Positions 36,540-46,860 of a DNA stretch of 64,000 bases are shown in pieces. Within the stretch, counting starts at the first letter, position 1, and each line of letters opens with the position of its first letter. The DNA lies in NCBI GenBank assembly GCA_040767085.1, contig JAXGPF010000008.1, positions 192,001 through 256,000 on the forward strand, given 5' to 3'. The DNA is from Kiritimatiellia bacterium (lineage in GTDB: Bacteria > Verrucomicrobiota > Kiritimatiellia > JAAZAB01). The position numbers and the translations under genes were made by a program. The notes under the pieces are model-generated. The model was not told the DNA's origin. It saw only the letters and a list, made by a program, of their open reading frames with translations, and ran no database searches.

Positions 36540-38048
36540 TTACAGCTGCGGGTGGTTCAGGGTATAGTTGGGCGCTTCCTTGATGATCTTGACATCGTGC
36601 GGATGCGCCTCGCGCACGCCGGCGACGCTCACCCGCACCAGCCGCCCCCGTTGCTGCAAGTCGGCGATGGTGCGGCAGCCGCAGTAGCCGCAGGCGGCGC
36701 GCAGTCCGCCGCAGAACTGGGTCAGCACTTTTTCCAGTTTCCCGGAAAACGGCACAATGCCCTCGATACCCTGGGGGATCAGGTCGGCTTCCGGCGTGTC
36801 CGCCTGGCCGTAGCGATCGCGGCTGCCGCGGGAGGCCTGCATGGCGGTCAAGCTGCCCATCCCGCGGTAGACGACGTATTGCCGGCCCTGGTGGATGGTT
36901 TTTTCGCCGGGACTTTCCTCGGTGCCGGCCAAAATGGATCCCATCATCACCGTGTCAGCGCCCGCCGCGATGGCCTTCGGGACGTCGCCGGAGAAGCGGA
37001 TGCCGCCGTCGGCAACCAGGGGAATGCTGCCTTGCAGCGCCTGGGCGCAGCGGTAAATGGCGCTGATTTGCGGAATACCCACGCCGGCCACCACGCGCGT
37101 GGTGCAGATCGAGCCCGGACCGATGCCGACCTTGATGCCGTCCGCGCCGGCTTCGCGCAGAGCCAGGGCGGCTTCGGCGGTGGCGATATTGCCGGCAATC
37201 ACGTCCAGATCGGGGAAATGGAGTTTGAGCCAGCGGCACATTTCCAGCACGTTGCGGCTATGGCCATGGGCGGTGTCAATGACCAGCACATCCGCGTTTT
37301 TTTCCGCCAAGGCCTCGGCGCGTTCGTGGTCGGCGGCGCCGATGGCGGCGCCCACGCGCAGGCGGTGGCGCTGATCGCGGTTGATCAGCGGGCGGGCGTT
37401 TTCAATCAGGGTGTGGACATCAGAAAAGCTGTACAGGCCGACCAGCCTGCCGTTTTCCACCAGCGGCAGCTTGCCGACTTTTTCGCGCTGCATGATGGCG
37501 TAGGCTTCTTCCAGGGTGGTGGCTGGCCCGGCGGTGATCACCTTGCGGGTCATGACTTCCGATACGCGCACATTCTGGTCGCGCACGAATTTGATGTCGG
37601 CGGCGGTTAATATGCCGGCCAGGCGCTGGTTGTCGTCCACGATCGGGAAACCCGAGAAGGTAAAGCCGTGGCTGGCCTTGTATTCCATGACATGGCGCAG
37701 CGTGTCGTCGGGCTTGAAAGTGATGGGTGTGCGGATCAGGCCGTTGAGATGGTGTTTGACGATTTCCACCTCCCGGCATTGGCGGGCGACATCCATGTTC
37801 TTATGGATAATGCCGATGCCGCCCTGCATGGCCATGCCGATGGCCATGCGGCTCTCGGTCACCGTATCCATCGCGGCGCTGAGAAAAGGGATGTTCAGGT
37901 TGATGCGCCGGGTCAGGCGGGTGGCGATATCCGCGGCCTGCGGCAGAAAATCCGCGTAATCCGGCACCAATGACACGTCGTCAAACGTTATGCCGTCATG
38001 CGGAAATGCATCCATGAAGGTTTCGACTGCCCGAGGCTTATTAATCAT
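36540..38048 (-). CDS. guaB: IMP dehydrogenase with CBS domains
   Basis: [47 protein letters not shown]. Confidence 0.96.
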   Translation of the reverse strand: MINKPRAVETFMDAFPHDGITFDDVSLVPDYADFLPQAADIATRLTRRINLNIPFLSAAMDTVTESRMAIGMAMQGGIGIIHKNMDVARQCREVEIVKHHLNGLIRTPITFKPDDTLRHVMEYKASHGFTFSGFPIVDDNQRLAGILTAADIKFVRDQNVRVSEVMTRKVITAGPATTLEEAYAIMQREKVGKLPLVENGRLVGLYSFSDVHTLIENARPLINRDQRHRLRVGAAIGAADHERAEALAEKNADVLVIDTAHGHSRNVLEMCRWLKLHFPDLDVIAGNIATAEAALALREAGADGIKVGIGPGSICTTRVVAGVGIPQISAIYRCAQALQGSIPLVADGGIRFSGDVPKAIAAGADTVMMGSILAGTEESPGEKTIHQGRQYVVYRGMGSLTAMQASRGSRDRYGQADTPEADLIPQGIEGIVPFSGKLEKVLTQFCGGLRAACGYCGCRTIADLQQRGRLVRVSVAGVREAHPHDVKIIKEAPNYTLNHPQL

Positions 38049-38085
38049 GGCGGCGTCCTTTCATCGTAGCGTTGAAAATCGGCGG

Positions 38086-40002
38086 TTATTTGGCGGTCAG
38101 CGCGCTGCGGACGCTTTCAGCCAGGGATTCAAAATTGAACGGCTTTTGCAGGAAGCTGATTTTGTCGGGCAGTTTTTCGATTTGCGTGGCGGCATGGCTG
38201 GTGTAGCCTGACATCAAAACAGCTTTCAAATGCGGCTGGTGCTGGCGCAACCGCTCAAGCAGCGCCGTCCCGGGCATTTCCGGCATGATGATATCGGTCA
38301 AGACCATGTCAATGTGCCGGCCGCTCCCACAAATTTCCGCCGCTTCCTGGCAGGAAGTGGTGGCCAGCACCGTGTAGCCGAGGCTGGTGAGAATCTGGCT
38401 GACCAGCTTGATGATGAAATCCTCGTCGTCCACCACCAGGATGGTTTCCGCGCCGCCCGGGAATTCCGCGGCGGGCGGTTTGACTTCCGGCGCCGGCTGG
38501 CGGCCGACGGCCCGCGGCAGGAAAATCTTGAACGTCGTGCCCCGGTTGACTTCCGAATAACACTGAATATGCCCGCCGAATTGCCGGACGATGCCATAAA
38601 TCGTGGTCAGGCCCAGGCCGGTGCCCTTGCCGTGGGGTTTGGTGGTGTAAAAAGGATCGAAGATATGCTCCATCACCTGGGGCGGCATGCCTTGTCCCGT
38701 GTCGCTGACCTGCAGCAACACATAGTCGCCGGGAAACACCTGGGGGTGCGATTCGCAAAACTTGCTGCTGGCGCTGAAATCCGCCGTCTCAATCATGAGT
38801 TTGCCGCCCGCCGGCATGGCGTCGCGGGCATTGATTGCCAGGTTGAGCAGGATTTGTTCCAGGCGGCTGATGTCCGCCTGCACGGAAGATAATTCCGGGG
38901 CCAGGTCCAGGTTGAGCGCGATGTTTTCGCCGATGGTATGCCGGAGGAACTTGGCAAGGTTCTGAATGACGGAATTTAAATTCACCAACTGGGTTTCGAT
39001 GGCGCGCTCGTGGCTGAAATTGAGCAATTGGCGGGTCAGGGCGCAGGCGCGTTCGGCGGCATGCATAATTTCTTCGATTTCCGGCAGAAGATCGCTGTCC
39101 CGCGGCGTCTTCTTGAGCATCATCGAGCTGTAACCCAGCACGGAAGTCAGCATGTTGTTGAAATCGTGGGCAATCCCGCCGGCCAGGCGTCCGACGGCCT
39201 CCACCTTGGCGGCTTGGCGCAGTGCGTGCTGGCTCTTTTCCAGGGCTTCTTCGGTCTGCAACTGGGCGGTGATGTCATGGATAATCAACACGCTTCCCAG
39301 CAGTGCCTGATCCTGGTTGCGCAGGGGGTAGGCGCTGACACTGAACCAGCCCGCAATGTCCTGGAAACCGGCTTTCTCAACCACAAATGGCGCTTCCAGC
39401 ACCGGGTGCGGCAGCGGCGGCGCATCCGATCCGCCGTCCGTCCGCAGCACCTGCCGGAAGTGCCGGTTGCACAATCCGCCCTGGACGTGATGGTTGAACC
39501 GGTCGCTCATGGCGCGGTTGACCCGTAGAATCCGGCCGGTATGATCCAGGATGCACATGCAGTCCGTGATCGCGTCAAACGACATTTCCCATTGCGCCTG
39601 GGAGGCCATCAAGGCCTTTTCGACGGTATGGTAGATCGAGGAATCATGAAAATGCAGGATGATCACCGTTTGATTCAGGGGCTGGCGGCAGGTGATCATG
39701 GTGGCCACGACCGGCGTGCTGCGCGCGTTGCGCGCATCCTCAATGGAGGTCTCCAGCATGTTCCATTTGCCTTCGGACAGCATCGGGAAATCATGATCCC
39801 AGGCCGGGCGGAAAGCCGGCGGCAGCAGTTCTTCCATGCGTTTGCCGCACAGCGATTCGACCGGGAGGCCGGCCAGCCGGCTCATGGCGAGGTTGGCGTC
39901 CAGAATGCGGCCATCCAGAGCTTGAATGACAATGGCGTCCGGTGAATTGCGGAACAAGTCGTTCAGCCATTCGGCGGTATGGGCGCAGGGTTCTTGATCC
40001 AT
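38086..40002 (-). CDS. Hybrid sensor histidine kinase (PAS-PAS-HisKA-HATPase-REC, CckA-like)
   Basis: GRLAGGIAHDFNN, NLAINARDAM, FDPFYTTK, GTGLGL, VVDDE, LTDIIMP. Confidence 0.92.
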   Translation of the reverse strand: MDQEPCAHTAEWLNDLFRNSPDAIVIQALDGRILDANLAMSRLAGLPVESLCGKRMEELLPPAFRPAWDHDFPMLSEGKWNMLETSIEDARNARSTPVVATMITCRQPLNQTVIILHFHDSSIYHTVEKALMASQAQWEMSFDAITDCMCILDHTGRILRVNRAMSDRFNHHVQGGLCNRHFRQVLRTDGGSDAPPLPHPVLEAPFVVEKAGFQDIAGWFSVSAYPLRNQDQALLGSVLIIHDITAQLQTEEALEKSQHALRQAAKVEAVGRLAGGIAHDFNNMLTSVLGYSSMMLKKTPRDSDLLPEIEEIMHAAERACALTRQLLNFSHERAIETQLVNLNSVIQNLAKFLRHTIGENIALNLDLAPELSSVQADISRLEQILLNLAINARDAMPAGGKLMIETADFSASSKFCESHPQVFPGDYVLLQVSDTGQGMPPQVMEHIFDPFYTTKPHGKGTGLGLTTIYGIVRQFGGHIQCYSEVNRGTTFKIFLPRAVGRQPAPEVKPPAAEFPGGAETILVVDDEDFIIKLVSQILTSLGYTVLATTSCQEAAEICGSGRHIDMVLTDIIMPEMPGTALLERLRQHQPHLKAVLMSGYTSHAATQIEKLPDKISFLQKPFNFESLAESVRSALTAK

Positions 40003-40113
40003 ATGGCGCGGTTGACTCCGGCGGGCGGGCGGCCGGCCGGGATATCCCTTTGCAATTTGAACAAAAATATGTTACGCATATTACCAACAGCCGCAAGCCA
40101 TGTAAAGCGTGGA

Positions 40114-40968
40114 ATGGGAGGAGTGTTGATTAAACGTGCGCTAGTATTGATTTCGGCGGCGGCCAGTCTGCTGGGGCCGGGACCGGCCGCGGGGCAGGTG
40201 GCGGTGCGCTGCCGTCTGCCCGCGCTCCAAACGCTGCTGCACGCCCCGGCGCCTGTGCGGATCACGGTCGTCAACAACAGCGGCCGCGTGCTGCTGCTGG
40301 ACGGCGGCCGCCTGGGCGCGGATTTGCGTCTGGAAGTGGAGCGCTCCGATGGGCGGATTCTGCCGCCGTTGTCGCCGCGGCCGTTGGCGGACGGCGTCGA
40401 GATCATGTCCGGCGAAGCGAAGGATTTCGACGTGGATTTGATGCGCCTGTTCGCGCTGCACGCCTGCGGTTCCTATAAAATCCGCGCGGTGGTGGACGCG
40501 GGCCGGACCCAGTCCGCCTCCGCTGACGCCCCCCTGGAGGTGGTGCGCGGATTCGAAGTGGCGCGCCTGCGCGCGGGGGTGGCCGGCGATGTTGACGCCC
40601 TGCGCTTGTATCAGCTCGAATACCTCCAGACCGCTGCCGGTGAGAATCTTTTCTTGCGCATCGAGGACGAAAACACCAGGATGGTTTATGGGGTTTTTGA
40701 CCTGGGCCCGCTGGTCCGCACGCGGGCGCCGGAGCTGATGCTGGATGAGGCGACCAACATCCACGTCCTTTTCCAGTCGAAAAACATGGCGCTGGTGCAT
40801 GCCAGTTTCACGCCATATGGCGTGCCGTTGGTTCGGGAAACCGCGGCCGCCGTGCCGCATGGCGATGTGCGGATGCAACGCGATGAGGGCGGGCGCGTGG
40901 TGCTGGTTGCCCCGCCGCCGCCGCCGCCCGTCCTTCCGCCGGCCGGCCGGCGGAAGGAGCGGCGCTGA
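40114..40968 (+). CDS. Secreted hypothetical protein
   Basis: GC3-biased ORF with a signal-like N-terminus and Ig-like ITVVNNSG / GSYKIRA pattern; start 40114-40126. Confidence 0.65.
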   Translation: MGGVLIKRALVLISAAASLLGPGPAAGQVAVRCRLPALQTLLHAPAPVRITVVNNSGRVLLLDGGRLGADLRLEVERSDGRILPPLSPRPLADGVEIMSGEAKDFDVDLMRLFALHACGSYKIRAVVDAGRTQSASADAPLEVVRGFEVARLRAGVAGDVDALRLYQLEYLQTAAGENLFLRIEDENTRMVYGVFDLGPLVRTRAPELMLDEATNIHVLFQSKNMALVHASFTPYGVPLVRETAAAVPHGDVRMQRDEGGRVVLVAPPPPPPVLPPAGRRKERR

Positions 40969-40993
40969 GCGATGCCGGGCGCCGGGTGCAGCC

Positions 40994-42157
40994 ATGGAAA
41001 ATTTCACCTATTATAATCCGGTGCGCATGCTCTTCGGGCGCGGCACGATTCGGGAGTTGCCGCGCCTCATTCCTCCGTCGGCGCGGGTGCTGCTGGTATA
41101 TGGCGGCGGCTCCATCAAGCGCAACGGGGTCTACCGGCAGGTGCAGGCGGCGCTGGCGGGGTGCCGGCTGGAGGAGTTCGGCGGCATCGAGCCCAACCCG
41201 CGCTATGAAACCTGCCTGCAGGCGGTGGCGCGCGCCCGGGCCGCGAAAATCGATTTCCTGCTGGCGGCCGGCGGTGGGTCGGTGCTGGATGCCGTGAAAT
41301 TCGTGGCGGCGGCTTTGCTGTATCCGGCAGGCGATCCCTGGGATTTTCTGATGGGCCGCGCCGCGCCGCGCGCCGCTGTGCCCCTGGGGTGCGTGCTGAC
41401 GCTGCCGGCCACCGGCTCGGAAATGAACAACGGCGCGGTGATTTCACGCCTGTGCGGCGGGCGGATGGAAAAGTTGTTTTTTGCGAGCGACTGCGTCTTC
41501 CCCGTTTTTTCCGTGCTGGACCCGGAAACCACCTTTTCGCTCCCGCCGCGGCAGACGGCCAACGGGATCGTGGATGCCTTTGTCCATGTGATGGAGCAGT
41601 ATCTGACCTGTCCCGCCGCGGCGCCTTTGCAGGACCGCCAGGCCGAGGCCTTGCTGGCGACCCTGATGGAGGAAGCGCCCAAGGTCATGCGCCAGCCGGA
41701 GGATTATGCCGCGCGGGCGAACATCATGTGGTGCGCCGCGCAAGCCCTGAACGGCCTGATCGGCTGCGGGGTGCGCCAGGATTGGACCGCGCATGCCATT
41801 GGGCATGAATTGACCGCGTTATACGGGCTGGATCACGCGCGCACGCTGGCGCTGATCTGGCCCTGTGTCCTGCGTCATCAATTGCGGCGCAAGCGCGCCA
41901 AGCTGTTGCAATACGCCGAGCGGGTGCTGGGCTTGCGCGACGGCGGCGCGGATGAGCGCATGTGCCGGGCCATCAGCCAGACGGTGGCTTTTTTCCGGTC
42001 GCTCGGTATGGGCACCACCCTGGCCGAATGCGGGGTGCCCGCAACGGCTCCCGCGGCGGTGGCGGAGCGGCTGGCGGCGCGCCAGGTCCAACTGGGCGAA
42101 CACGGCGACCTGGACGCCGCGGCGGCCGCGGAGATTGTGGCGTTAGCCGGCGTTTGA
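40994..42157 (+). CDS. Iron-containing alcohol dehydrogenase (YqhD/BdhA-like, NADPH)
   Basis: YGGGSIKRNG, GIEPNP, GGGSVLD, TLPATGSE, DAFVHVMEQY, HAIGHE, DHARTL. Confidence 0.9.
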   Translation: MENFTYYNPVRMLFGRGTIRELPRLIPPSARVLLVYGGGSIKRNGVYRQVQAALAGCRLEEFGGIEPNPRYETCLQAVARARAAKIDFLLAAGGGSVLDAVKFVAAALLYPAGDPWDFLMGRAAPRAAVPLGCVLTLPATGSEMNNGAVISRLCGGRMEKLFFASDCVFPVFSVLDPETTFSLPPRQTANGIVDAFVHVMEQYLTCPAAAPLQDRQAEALLATLMEEAPKVMRQPEDYAARANIMWCAAQALNGLIGCGVRQDWTAHAIGHELTALYGLDHARTLALIWPCVLRHQLRRKRAKLLQYAERVLGLRDGGADERMCRAISQTVAFFRSLGMGTTLAECGVPATAPAAVAERLAARQVQLGEHGDLDAAAAAEIVALAGV

Positions 42158-42169
42158 CGGGTAGCCGGG

Positions 42170-43591
42170 TCAGCGGCGGATCGTGATAAAGTAAACCAGC
42201 AAAATCAGGCCGACGGCATAAAGCACCCGGGATGATTCCCGCCGCCGGCCGCTCAGCAACTTGATGGCGGGGTAGGCGATAAAGCCCAGCGCCAGGCCGT
42301 CGGCGATGGAATAACAGAGCGGAATGCCGAGCATGATCAGGCAGGCCGGCGCGTATTCGCTGTAATCCTCCCAGGCGATCCGCCGGATATTCTGCATCAT
42401 CATGCAGCCCACGATCACCAGCGCCGGCGCGGTGATCGGCGGCAGGCTGCCGATCATGGCAATGACCGGCGCCAGAAAAGGCGCCAGCAGGAACAAGCCC
42501 GCCACCGTCAGGCTGGTCAACCCGGTCCGTCCGCCATGTTCCACCCCGGCGGCGCTTTCCACGAAACTGGTCACCGTGCTCATGCCGCAGCAGGTGCCGG
42601 TGACGGTGCCGATGGCATCCGCCATGAAGGCCCGCCCGGCGCGCGGCAGCCGGTTGTCCCGGATGAAGCCCGCCCGCTCGCCGACGCCGATCAGCGTGCC
42701 CATGGTGTCAAAAACATCCATGAACAGAAAGATGACGATGATCGGCAGCATGGCGGAGGTCAACGCGCCCCGCAGGTCCATTTGCAGCCAGACCGGCGCC
42801 ATGGACGGCGGGGTGGAAAACAGCTGGCGCGCCGGCTGAAACCGTTGCAGGAGGAGCGAGTCGCGCACCGCCGGCGCCTGGGCCAGGCTCTCGGGCAGGT
42901 GCGGCAGCAGGCAGCGCAGCGCCAGCGCCAGCGCGGCGGCGGCGGCGATGCCCCAGAGGATGGCGCCCCTGGTCCCGCGCGCAAACAGGACGCTGGTGAC
43001 GATGAAGCCGCAGAAAAAAACCAGCAGGTCCGGTGACGCAAAATTCGGATTGAGCTTCACCAGGGTGCCGGGATCCGGCAGGATCAGCCCGGCATTGCGC
43101 AGTCCGATGAAGGCGATGAAAAAACCGATGCCCGCCGCAATGCCGCTTTTCAAACTGGGACTTACGGCGTTCAACAGCAATTCCCGGGCGCCGGCCAGGG
43201 AAATGAGCATGAAAATGATTCCGGAAATAAAAACCGCGCCCAGCGCCGTCTGCCAGGGGACCGCGCTGCCGGCGGCGGCCGCCGCGGGGATGGCGGTGCA
43301 GACGAAAAAGAAATTCTCGCCCATGCCCGGGGCCAGGGCGATAGGGTAGCGGGCGTAAAGGCCCATGATGGCGGTGGCCAGGGCGGACGTCAGGCAGGTG
43401 GCGGTGGTCAGCGCGCCGAAATCCATCCCTGTGTTCTGGCCGAACATCGCGCCCGACAGCACGGCCGGCTGGACAAAGATGATGTACGCCATCGTCAGGA
43501 ACGTGGTCAGCCCGGCCGCCAGTTCCGTGCGGATGGTGGTGCGGTTTTCCGATAAACGGAAGTGCTGCTCGCAAAAGCTTCGCAATGGCAT
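42170..43591 (-). CDS. NCS2/AzgA family purine permease
   Basis: AGLTTFLTMAYII, APGMG, FDTMGT, ESAAGV, GGRTGLT, YSIADG. Confidence 0.9.
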   Translation of the reverse strand: MPLRSFCEQHFRLSENRTTIRTELAAGLTTFLTMAYIIFVQPAVLSGAMFGQNTGMDFGALTTATCLTSALATAIMGLYARYPIALAPGMGENFFFVCTAIPAAAAAGSAVPWQTALGAVFISGIIFMLISLAGARELLLNAVSPSLKSGIAAGIGFFIAFIGLRNAGLILPDPGTLVKLNPNFASPDLLVFFCGFIVTSVLFARGTRGAILWGIAAAAALALALRCLLPHLPESLAQAPAVRDSLLLQRFQPARQLFSTPPSMAPVWLQMDLRGALTSAMLPIIVIFLFMDVFDTMGTLIGVGERAGFIRDNRLPRAGRAFMADAIGTVTGTCCGMSTVTSFVESAAGVEHGGRTGLTSLTVAGLFLLAPFLAPVIAMIGSLPPITAPALVIVGCMMMQNIRRIAWEDYSEYAPACLIMLGIPLCYSIADGLALGFIAYPAIKLLSGRRRESSRVLYAVGLILLVYFITIRR

Positions 43592-43633
43592 GCTTGGATA
43601 TTTCAGCATGCGGCGGAGGGAGTCAAGCAAAAT

Positions 43634-45109
43634 TTAGCCGGCCCAGGCCGCCTGCAAGTCATGCAAAAACGCCTCCACCAGCGGCTGGCCGCCGGTGGAA
43701 CCGACGCTGTTGCAGTAGCAGTTCGCGCTGTAGCTTTCGCCCTGCTCGGCGCGGGCGGTTGGCAGATAGTTGCCGTCCCAACCCGGGCAGGCATCGGACA
43801 ATTGCACCAGGAAGGTCTGGATGGCCGGACTGCGGGCCTTGATGCGGATGCCGTAATCCAGAAACAATTCGAAGGGCATGGCGGCAAAGGCGATGTCGCC
43901 CAGCCGGACGGTATGTATGCGGGTGCCGAAGGTGGGATTATTCTTCTGGGCTACGTAACGGCGCAGCGCCAGGCGGCAGCGCGCCAGCTCGGTCGCCCGC
44001 ACCGAATCGGCGCGCAGCCGCTTGTTCGGATCCGGGTCGGCGGAGGCCGGCTGTTTTTCCAGTTCGGCGATGCCCTTGCGGAACAAGTCCGCTTCGGCGT
44101 CGGTGAGCATCCGCCGCGGCAATTGCGCCAGCCGGCTGGAATGTTTCAGGACCAGGCGGTCATGCCGGTCCTTTTGCGCCAGCGGCAGCACTTCCACCAC
44201 GGCCTGGCTGATGCGCCGGGCGATTTCGGCGCGGCTGTCGATGCCGCGGAGGTCCAGCATGCGTTTTTCCGCGGCCTTATACCAGAGCGGATGCGGCGAT
44301 TGGTCGCCGGCGGCGGAGCATTGCGGGAGGATGAAGACTTTTTCCCCCAGTTGTTGGCGGATGGCGCCGCGGGTGTCATGCCAGAAATCGGCGGAAATGA
44401 CGGAAAGCCCTTCGGTTTCCTGGGATGGGCAGGCCAGGTTGACGATGATGCCGGTGAGTTCATTCCGTTCATCCCAGGTGTAAAGCAGGTCCACGGAATG
44501 ATCCTCGTAACCCTCGATGTGGCTGAACATGGGGTCATCCGTCCGGCCGTACATGGCGGCGTGGCGGGTGGTGCAATGGCCGTGATGATGTTTGTAACCG
44601 GGACGCTGCGAGAGGTCGTCGAAATAAACCACCCGGCGATTCCGGCCGACCACGGCGTGCCCCAGCGCCCAGGCCGCCTGGCCCGGCGCGCGGCTGCGCC
44701 AGGCTTTGACGATGGCCTGCGCCACACGCTCGACCAGAAAATTCGCGTAAGCCTTGCCGGTCATGACCCCGGGCGGCACGGGCGGATACATGCCGTCCTC
44801 CAGCATCGGCGCGGTATGGGTATGGGTGGCATTGATGATGATGCCCATGGGATCGAGTTCGGGAATCTGCCCTTTGACGACGGCGCGGATGCCGTCAATC
44901 ACGGGCGCCGGGAAAAAGCCGCCATCCACCGAAAGGAAGACCACCGCGGCTCCGCCGCATTCCAGGGCCAGCGCCGTGGCCGTGAGGGGATCCTTGACGC
45001 CTTGAGAAATCCGCATGTGGAACTGGCCTTGCAGGTTGACCGGCCGGCTGGGGGTGACGTCCGCCGCCGCCCACCCGATTTGCATGACAGCAGAAGTTTG
45101 TGCGCTCAT
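43634..45109 (-). CDS. Neutral/alkaline ceramidase-like hydrolase (PVC-type hypothetical), paralog A
   Basis: GWAAADVTP, DPLTATAL, NATHTHTAP, NRR, NLACPSQ, SADFW, GDQSPH, PFE; RBS ggagg. Confidence 0.7.
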   Translation of the reverse strand: MSAQTSAVMQIGWAAADVTPSRPVNLQGQFHMRISQGVKDPLTATALALECGGAAVVFLSVDGGFFPAPVIDGIRAVVKGQIPELDPMGIIINATHTHTAPMLEDGMYPPVPPGVMTGKAYANFLVERVAQAIVKAWRSRAPGQAAWALGHAVVGRNRRVVYFDDLSQRPGYKHHHGHCTTRHAAMYGRTDDPMFSHIEGYEDHSVDLLYTWDERNELTGIIVNLACPSQETEGLSVISADFWHDTRGAIRQQLGEKVFILPQCSAAGDQSPHPLWYKAAEKRMLDLRGIDSRAEIARRISQAVVEVLPLAQKDRHDRLVLKHSSRLAQLPRRMLTDAEADLFRKGIAELEKQPASADPDPNKRLRADSVRATELARCRLALRRYVAQKNNPTFGTRIHTVRLGDIAFAAMPFELFLDYGIRIKARSPAIQTFLVQLSDACPGWDGNYLPTARAEQGESYSANCYCNSVGSTGGQPLVEAFLHDLQAAWAG

Positions 45110-45125
45110 AGTTGCCTCCGCCTGG

Positions 45126-45962
45126 TCAGCCAGTTTGCCGCATGAGGTTCTGGAGATACTTTGCGGCGCGGCGAGTGGCTTCATCGGCCGGGTACTTGCT
45201 GTTTTCATACTCGATGTTGATGTAGCCCTGGTAGCCGGCGGCTTGCATGGCGGCCAGGCAACTCTGGTGGTCAATCATGCCTTCTCCGATCAGCGCCGAC
45301 GCGTAGCGGCGGCCGTCCAGCGCTTCGCGGCCCTGTCCCGGCGGCATCCGGTCCCAATCCTTAAAATGCGCATGCGCGACATGGTCGGCGCAGCGGGTAA
45401 ACGAGACCGCCGGGTCTTCCCCGCCGAGCGCGATGTTGCCGTTGTCGTAGGTAAGTTTCAAGCCCGGCACTTCCCGGACGGCTTCGAGGACATCGCTGGA
45501 GATGACGAAGGGGCTGTTGCTGCCGGGAAAGTTTTCAATGGTCATGGTCACGCCGGCCTGGCGGGCGAACCCGGCGCATTCCTGCAGGCCGCGGATGTAA
45601 TTCCGGCGGCTGATGTCGCGCGGCACGCCGGGTTTGCCGGGCGTGACCAGCATGACCTTGTCCGCGCCCAGCGTAACGGCGGTTTCGATGGTGGTGTGCA
45701 CGGCATCCACCGCGGCGCAGCGCTCCGCGAAACTGTCTTGATTCAGGCCCGCGGCGCTGCGGGTGTAGCACACGGTTTTCAAGCCGTGGTCATCCATGGC
45801 CTGGCGGACTTCCTTGGGCGCGATGCCGTATGTGGTCACCCAGTCAATGCCGTCCGTGCCGATTTCCGCCGCCAGGCGGAAGATTTTTTTAAAGTCTTCC
45901 TGTTTATTGTCTTTAAACCAGCCGGCGCGGCCAAGGGTGTAGGACATGACGGATAGTTTCAC
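45126..45962 (-). CDS. Sugar phosphate isomerase/epimerase (xylose isomerase-like TIM barrel)
   Basis: IENF, YDNGN, HAHFKD, GEG, GYQGYINIEYE. Confidence 0.85.
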   Translation of the reverse strand: MKLSVMSYTLGRAGWFKDNKQEDFKKIFRLAAEIGTDGIDWVTTYGIAPKEVRQAMDDHGLKTVCYTRSAAGLNQDSFAERCAAVDAVHTTIETAVTLGADKVMLVTPGKPGVPRDISRRNYIRGLQECAGFARQAGVTMTIENFPGSNSPFVISSDVLEAVREVPGLKLTYDNGNIALGGEDPAVSFTRCADHVAHAHFKDWDRMPPGQGREALDGRRYASALIGEGMIDHQSCLAAMQAAGYQGYINIEYENSKYPADEATRRAAKYLQNLMRQTG

Positions 45963-45995
45963 GGGTGGCTCTCCTTGTTTTACTGATGGCCCGAC

Positions 45996-46790
45996 TCACA
46001 TAATTTTACGGCAGTATACCAAATTCCGGCGGGCGCTGTCCAGCGGATTGGCGCGCAGGCGGTGTTGTTCGAGGGTCAGCCACCGGACCCCGGTGGCGGC
46101 GGCCGTCCGGTAGATGGCCGGTAAATCCATGCAGCCGGCGCCCAGCTCGGTGGAAAAATTCATGCCGTTGTCGGCCGGCGGCGGGCTGGAATGCCCGGCC
46201 GGATCCAGATCGTTGAAATGAATCTGCGGGATGCGCCCCTGGTAACGCCGCAGGTAAGCGCCGGGATCGAAACCGGAATAAAAAGCGAAAAATGTATCAA
46301 ACAGGAATGGCAGGCCGGCGCCGGCGGTTTCCTCGAACAGGGCATCCAGGATGACCCGCCCATCCGGGAGTTTCTGGAACTCATTGGCATGGTTGTGATA
46401 GGTCAGGTTAAAGCCCTGGCCGGCTGCGGTCTGCCGCATGTCGCGCAGTTGCCCCAGCGGTTCCTTGAAATTGTCGGGCGCAAACCCCAGGCTGACCGCC
46501 AGGTATTCCGGTTTTAACGCGCGGGCGTAAGCGTAAACGGGGCTCCCGGCATCCAGCAATCCGGGCGCATTGGCAAACATCCCGGAGACGCGCAATCCCG
46601 CTTGGCGCAGGAACTCCGCCAGTTGTTCCGGGGGCAGGCCGCCGTATGCGCCGGACCATTCGATGTTGTCAAAGCCGAGGTCCGCCAGCGCCAGCAGGGT
46701 TTCTCTGAATTTTTCCTGCATCAGGGAACGCACGCTGTAGATCTGGATGGCCAGTTTCAGCTTCCCTGGAGCGGAAAATTTTGTCGTCAT
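45996..46790 (-). CDS. Sugar phosphate isomerase/epimerase (TIM barrel)
   Basis: IQIYSVR, YHNHANEF, FDT, HFND, ELGAG, LEQ. Confidence 0.82.
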   Translation of the reverse strand: MTTKFSAPGKLKLAIQIYSVRSLMQEKFRETLLALADLGFDNIEWSGAYGGLPPEQLAEFLRQAGLRVSGMFANAPGLLDAGSPVYAYARALKPEYLAVSLGFAPDNFKEPLGQLRDMRQTAAGQGFNLTYHNHANEFQKLPDGRVILDALFEETAGAGLPFLFDTFFAFYSGFDPGAYLRRYQGRIPQIHFNDLDPAGHSSPPPADNGMNFSTELGAGCMDLPAIYRTAAATGVRWLTLEQHRLRANPLDSARRNLVYCRKIM

Positions 46791-46860
46791 GGCTTGATTT
46801 CTGCCCGCTGCCCAACGGCCCGGCCGCTGGGTGTATCCGCGGCCGGGAGAGTTATGAGAG

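Noticed and set aside
40745..40993. N-terminal ORF extensions in the track (also 57070-57474, 45110-45274, 46791-47165, 32158-32436)
   Set aside because: They overlap upstream genes in another frame; family homology begins at the downstream start, so they are not real fusions or frameshifts
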